Below, piece after piece: positions 60,584 through 64,000 of a stretch of 64,000 nt of DNA. This DNA is from a virus, in the IMG/VR virus record IMGVR_UViG_3300017917_003053, positions 89,003-153,002 of that record; one strand, 5' to 3'. The notes beneath the pieces were generated by a model, which saw nothing but the letters and a program-made list of their open reading frames with translations, searched no databases and was not told the DNA's origin. The position numbers and the translations under genes were made by a program. Positions within the stretch are counted from its first letter, which is position 1, and the number at the start of each line of letters is the position of its first letter.

Positions 60584-60691
60584 CTGCCAAAATGGCAGCC
60601 GGGCCGCCGATTTTAACGTAACTCCTTGTGTATCAACCACTTAGGACGATTAAAGTTTTTCTCTTGACACGCCGATAATATCCTGTATGAT
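60584..60691 (+). promoter_or_regulatory. Composite promoter cassette (enhancer-like palindrome, IHF pair, sigma28 + sigma70)
   Basis: CTGCCA-AAA-TGGCAG; TATCAACCACTTA (exact IHF consensus WATCAANNNNTTR); TAAAGTTT...GCCGATAA; TTGACA-16-TATGAT. Confidence 0.75.
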
Positions 60692-60697
60692 ACCAGT

Positions 60698-60868
60698 ATG
60701 AATACTTATGATTGCTATGTTGGAAGTTCGTGGCGTGTTTTCAAACATGGTCGATTTATTGGCTATGTTGTGGCCTTTAGTGAGTATTATGCTTGGCAAA
60801 AGGCTAAGGATAAGTATGGTAATGATTTGAGAATAGAAAAGGTTTTGGCCCCATCTTCTAACGGTTAG
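60698..60868 (+). CDS. Small early protein (56 aa) whose 3' end overlaps the tRNA
   Basis: Manual translation MNTYDCYVGSSWRVFKHGRFIGYVVAF...; resembles 57396..57521. Confidence 0.45.
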   Translation: MNTYDCYVGSSWRVFKHGRFIGYVVAFSEYYAWQKAKDKYGNDLRIEKVLAPSSNG

Positions 60869-60918
60869 GAAATCGGATTTTCGCTCCGAGAATCGGGGTT
60901 CGAGTCCCCGTGGGGTCA
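60847..60918 (+). tRNA. tRNA-Glu (anticodon TTC), CCA not encoded
   Basis: Cloverleaf: GGCCCCA/TGGGGTC acceptor, TCGGA-TTTTCGC-TCCGA anticodon arm, CGGGG-TTCGAGT-CCCCG T arm. Confidence 0.9.
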
Positions 60919-61002
60919 TTAGAAAGTGTATCAGCATATCCTATCGGATTGCCGGTCGTGCTGATAGTCAGCCAACATAAAAGATTCTTGAAGAGATAGG
61001 GG

Positions 61003-61030
61003 TTGACAGGACGATAATAGAGTGTAGAAT
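61003..61030 (+). promoter_or_regulatory. sigma70-type promoter upstream of the ncRNA array
   Basis: TTGACA-16-TAGAAT with GACGATAA in the spacer. Confidence 0.75.
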
Positions 61031-61041
61031 ACAAAGTATAA

Positions 61042-61609
61042 CGTGTGGGCCAGAGCGAGGCAACGAACTGATCACTCGACCTTTGGTGGTGCAACTCCAC
61101 CTCCATACGCTTGTCACCAACGAAACTCCGATTCATTCGGTGTGCTACCCTCCATAATGAGATCATAGCCTATATTGGTGACACAAACTTGCGTAGGTCT
61201 AGCGACTAGATTGGGATAACCTGTACGATAAACCTACGGCTGTTATGCAGCGTGGGGTTGCCTAGCGGGGTTATACGTTAGGATAGTATACCAATCTATG
61301 GGGGTGCGATTCCACCGCTACGCGCTAATACTTTATGGGTGACGGTTTTCCGTATGACGAGGCAAAGCACAGCAGAGCGAAGGAAACTTCCATGTGGCCT
61401 CCGAAACTGCGAAAGCAGGAGTAGAAATAGGTGCCACCCATAAAAAATATGCCAGTAGCCGTTACTTAGAGTCAGATAGTTGAGTCATGACCAATCTATG
61501 CTGATTTCCGTGGGCGGTTTCCACCAGTTTTTACCTTGCTCCAAGGGTTCATAATATCGGAGTATTGGTGGATTATAGGGATGGATCGTAAAAGTCCCGC
61601 TGGTTTTTT
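61042..61609 (+). ncRNA. Array of five structured RNA units (two tRNA-like), family unknown
   Basis: No credible plus-strand ORF; consecutive closed stems 61042-61110, 61112-61183, 61191-61323, 61332-61444, 61451-61604; GAAA tetraloops; terminal U-tract. Confidence 0.65.
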
Positions 61610-61647
61610 CTTATTGACTTGCCGATAACTAATGGTATAATACGAGT

Positions 61648-61851
61648 ATGAAAGTTACCGCTAAACAAAACGCTCGCAAGTGGACAAAAGAACGTCTCAA
61701 GAGACATCCCGGCTTGTGGGAAGTTGAGCAGGAAGAGAAGTTTGTGCCTTGCTGGCCGGGAGAAGCGGCCATTCTGATTAAGAATACAACTGATGGGTGG
61801 AGCGGCTGGTTTCCGATAAAAGATATTGACATTGTAGAGAACGAAGGGTAG
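61648..61851 (+). CDS. Hypothetical protein (67 aa)
   Basis: Promoter TTGACT-16-TATAAT 61614; the ATG lies about at the predicted start site (possibly leaderless). Confidence 0.65.
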   Translation: MKVTAKQNARKWTKERLKRHPGLWEVEQEEKFVPCWPGEAAILIKNTTDGWSGWFPIKDIDIVENEG

Positions 61852-61873
61852 AATAGGACTAAAGGAGACAAAG

Positions 61874-62146
61874 ATGTTTGGAACACGATTTGGTCAAACG
61901 AAGTTTGCTTTTACTGACCGAGTGACTCGTACTGTGAGTGGTGATTCTCTTACTTTTAGTGGTAAGAGTATTAGTGGTAAGCCTTTTTCTATTACTGTTA
62001 AGCATAGTGATGCTAACGAGTGGATTAATGGCGGACTGATTCAAAAGTGTTTTCCGTATCTTGATGCGGATAATCGTGAGATTCTTATGACGGGTATTGA
62101 TAGCGAAACTTGGAACGAAATGTTCCCACCGGAGGATGAAGAATGA
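61874..62146 (+). CDS. Hypothetical protein (90 aa)
   Basis: RBS AAGGAG; 'LIQKCFPYLDADNREILMTGI..W..MF'. Confidence 0.75.
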   Translation: MFGTRFGQTKFAFTDRVTRTVSGDSLTFSGKSISGKPFSITVKHSDANEWINGGLIQKCFPYLDADNREILMTGIDSETWNEMFPPEDEE

Positions 62147-62373
62147 CAGTTGCCGAACTGATTGAGCAGTTGAAGAACTATCCCGGCGATATGAGGGTAT
62201 TGACTCTTGGGTATGAGGGTGGGTATAATGACATTATGCTAGATAATAATGACATTGTATTTAATGTACCTAGAGGGGAAGGTGCTTGGTATTATGGTCC
62301 GCATGAATGCGTGAAGTTTACCGAAGAGAAAACTGGTACTCCATGTGTGATTATCTGTAGGAGCAGAAAATGA
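62143..62373 (+). CDS. Hypothetical protein (76 aa, MTVAELIEQLKNYPGDMRV)
   Basis: Common small phage protein N-terminus; ATGA coupling. Confidence 0.75.
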   Translation: MTVAELIEQLKNYPGDMRVLTLGYEGGYNDIMLDNNDIVFNVPRGEGAWYYGPHECVKFTEEKTGTPCVIICRSRK

Positions 62374-62588
62374 ACTGGCATTATGATAATCCTATTGAAG
62401 ATGGCGAGTATATCTGTTGTCTAGCGGGTTATTCTGTACCTATGATCCTTTCGTGGAATAAGGATCGTGGTGGTTGGAGGATGCCCGTTCAACTGACCTA
62501 CCAAGTAGTTGATCGGATTCTGCTTGATTCTGAAAACGTTGTGTGCTATACTAGTCTGAATGAGATTCCTATGCCGGAGGGTTGGTGA
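62370..62588 (+). CDS. Hypothetical protein, DUF551-like (72 aa)
   Basis: 'W....P.EDGEYIC...W...W...V..Y...PMP'; coupled. Confidence 0.6.
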   Translation: MNWHYDNPIEDGEYICCLAGYSVPMILSWNKDRGGWRMPVQLTYQVVDRILLDSENVVCYTSLNEIPMPEGW

Positions 62589-62848
62589 TGGAATGGATTA
62601 GTTTTTTCGGTCCTCGTCGTCCTATTAACGGACAGAAGGTTTATTACTTCGGTGAGTATATTGGTGTGTGGCGTGGAGAGTATGCTTATTCTCCAAATGA
62701 TCCAGTAAGTCCACATCTTATATTTTGCGATGAATCTTTTGGTGTTGTGGATCGTATGGATGCCCCTTGGTGGCAGGTTTATGAAGGACAACCCAAACCT
62801 CCACCTCCAGAACAAACTTACCCGCCAGATTATCCTTGGAAAAACTGA
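62588..62848 (+). CDS. Hypothetical protein (86 aa)
   Basis: TGATG coupling; Pro-rich C-terminus. Confidence 0.65.
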   Translation: MEWISFFGPRRPINGQKVYYFGEYIGVWRGEYAYSPNDPVSPHLIFCDESFGVVDRMDAPWWQVYEGQPKPPPPEQTYPPDYPWKN

Positions 62849-63396
62849 TTACTTTTCTTGATATTCTCTATAGCCCATAAAGGCTGTAAATTAGAATAGT
62901 GAAAACATTGTTTTTGTTGAATAGGATCAGAGAGATCAAATGAAGCACACGGCTTGATATGATCAATATGCCACTTTCCGTAATTATCCCAACCCATACC
63001 TTCCGTAAACATTGATGATAAATAAACTTTTAATTCTTCGATAGAACATCCTATTAGAGCCATCGTTGATTCAGATTTACTATTACGTTTAATGGCTTTA
63101 TAAATTCTACCTCTCAAGTTTATCTTAATTTTGTAATCTAGATCTGTTTGCCTACGGTGTTTTGAACGTTCTCTTTTACGAGCATTGACTTTATCTTTAT
63201 TGAGTTTTTCTAGCTCTCTTTGTCTACTTTTATATTTCAAATAATATGAGGCTGCGTATTCTTTATACTTACCTTTACGAGACATAGAACGACATTCTTT
63301 ACATTGATGAGCATATCCATTTTTTCTAGTGTTACGTTTATGAAAATTAATTACTGATAATTCTTGTTTACATTTATTACAAATTTTTGTATCCAT
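62830..63396 (-). CDS. HNH homing-endonuclease-like protein (188 aa)
   Basis: N-terminal CxxC...CxxC; C-terminal 'WHIDHIKPCASFDL...CFHYSNLQPLWAIENIKKSN'; RBS AGGAG; antisense and AT-rich relative to neighbours. Confidence 0.85.
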   Translation of the reverse strand: MDTKICNKCKQELSVINFHKRNTRKNGYAHQCKECRSMSRKGKYKEYAASYYLKYKSRQRELEKLNKDKVNARKRERSKHRRQTDLDYKIKINLRGRIYKAIKRNSKSESTMALIGCSIEELKVYLSSMFTEGMGWDNYGKWHIDHIKPCASFDLSDPIQQKQCFHYSNLQPLWAIENIKKSNQFFQG

Positions 63397-63482
63397 TTTA
63401 TCTCCTAGGATTAGGCCGGAATATAGTATTATACACCAAAATGATCCATAGTGGATGCAAAATTATTACAAAGGACTTAAAT

Positions 63483-63695
63483 ATGGCTAAAAACTTCAAA
63501 GATTTGCATACTATCGACGCAAAGGATATGACCCGCGATCAGGCTATGATTTATGTGATTAACTTCTTTAACTCTCGTATGGCTACTATGAGTAATAGCC
63601 ACAGAAATAAAGTTAAAGAGGTTATTGGACTGCATGAGATTGGTACTAGCGAACTGGTTAACAAGTATCTGGAGTTGGTTCTTGAAAACTCTTGA
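63483..63695 (+). CDS. Hypothetical protein (70 aa, MAKNFKDLHTIDAK...)
   Basis: RBS AAGGA. Confidence 0.65.
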   Translation: MAKNFKDLHTIDAKDMTRDQAMIYVINFFNSRMATMSNSHRNKVKEVIGLHEIGTSELVNKYLELVLENS

Positions 63696-63804
63696 CAATA
63701 TTTGTACTTGTGGCAACTGTAATGAACTGTGCTATATGCTAGATAAGCATGAAGTGTTCTGGAGTTTTTGTGCCGATTGCTACTGGTGGTATCTAAGGTA
63801 TTGA
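63682..63804 (+). CDS. Possible Cys-rich micro-protein (40 aa, TTG start)
   Basis: 'CTCGNCNELC...CADC'; GGAG upstream. Confidence 0.3.
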   Translation: MKTLDNICTCGNCNELCYMLDKHEVFWSFCADCYWWYLRY

Positions 63805-63900
63805 TACGTAAGGACTTAGAGCAAATCCGGCGGGCCGAAAATGGCATACCAAATTTTTTTTAAAGAATCCTCTTGACTACGCCGATAATAGATGTATACT
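63794..63900 (+). promoter_or_regulatory. Composite promoter cassette (IHF pair, GC box, sigma28 + sigma70)
   Basis: TAAGGTATTGATA (IHF consensus, reverse); TAAA-16-GCCGATAA; TTGACT-16-TATACT 63873. Confidence 0.75.
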
Positions 63901-63995
63901 TAGGGAAACAATGGACGGGGATAGCCACAATGATATCAAAAGAGGCTATCTGAAATGCTGGTCGAGTATGGCGGAAGCCGACATTGTTTTTCCTA
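63901..63995 (+). ncRNA. Putative structured RNA (multi-stem junction)
   Basis: GGAAACAATG/CATTGTTTTT closing stem, GATAGCC/GGCTATC stem, GGC-GGAA-GCC hairpin, directly after a promoter. Confidence 0.5.
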
Positions 63996-64000
63996 ATCCT

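Larger units (their letters stand above)
15651..63437 (-). promoter_or_regulatory. Dispersed late-promoter-like motif GGTGTAT + AT-rich tail (9 sites upstream of starts)
   Basis: Plus-strand ATACACC at 15662, 28522, 31901, 35725, 44286, 46560, 47386, 49608, 63431; most lie ~30-70 nt upstream of a minus-strand start. Confidence 0.7.

Noticed and set aside
60919-60990. tRNA-associated theta/HDV-like ribozyme after tRNA-Glu
   Set aside because: A TATCAGCA/TGCTGATA hairpin is present, but I could not build the nested double pseudoknot; needs a motif search
61191-61323. tmRNA, group I intron or c-di-GMP riboswitch
   Set aside because: Only short coincidental matches (GACTAGA, TAGCGGGGTTA); size, tag ORF, P7 pairing and GEMM architecture are missing
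61112-61444. Hammerhead ribozymes (CGAAAC and TGACGA segments)
   Set aside because: The CUGANGA core is absent or mismatched and the stem II/III geometry does not fit; left as unknown RNAs
63692-63860. Extra sigma70 promoter at 63692 and sigma54 box at 63842
   Set aside because: TTGACA lacks a matching -10; TGGCAT lacks the TTGC -12 element
55581-63900. CRISPR array or mini-array interpretation of the early-region repeats
   Set aside because: Repeats are degenerate, irregularly spaced by hundreds of bp, separated by genes, and match promoter/binding motifs; no cas genes

Overview
64-kb segment of a large tailed dsDNA bacteriophage (Caudoviricetes; long tape measure and no recognisable sheath gene in the window, so probably siphovirus-like). 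The host is possibly a planctomycete or other PVC bacterium (inference only). Bases 1-54.9 kb form an AT-rich, minus-strand late/virion module. In transcription order it holds: phage sigma factor, putative TerS, GDP-mannose 4,6-dehydratase, HNH, ERCC4 nuclease, TerL, portal, protease/scaffold, capsid decoration, major capsid protein, a ~12-kb fibre/lectin cluster, head-tail joining proteins, tail tube, chaperones, a 3170-aa tape measure protein (TMP), and tail-tip/fibre genes, the last running off the left edge. From ~55 kb the plus strand carries a visibly more GC-rich early region of tiny ORFs, a tRNA-Glu, an array of structured non-coding RNAs and an antisense HNH endonuclease. Main observations: (1) the TMP looks like a polyprotein carrying enzyme-like cargo modules (ADP-ribosyltransferase-, HAD- and PD-(D/E)xK-like), each bounded by [F/Y]xxGG motifs, with five copies of a DTxPAxLxPGEFV repeat. 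(2) The early region is built from repeated composite promoter cassettes that stack sigma70, sigma28 and sigma54 elements with paired IHF-like sites, NtrC-like enhancer palindromes and an 18-bp operator. (3) A promoter-driven ~570-nt array of five self-contained folded RNAs, two of them tRNA-like. (4) A GGTGTAT late-promoter motif that also marks a scaffold gene nested in the protease gene. All calls come from reading the sequence by eye; no database searches were run.
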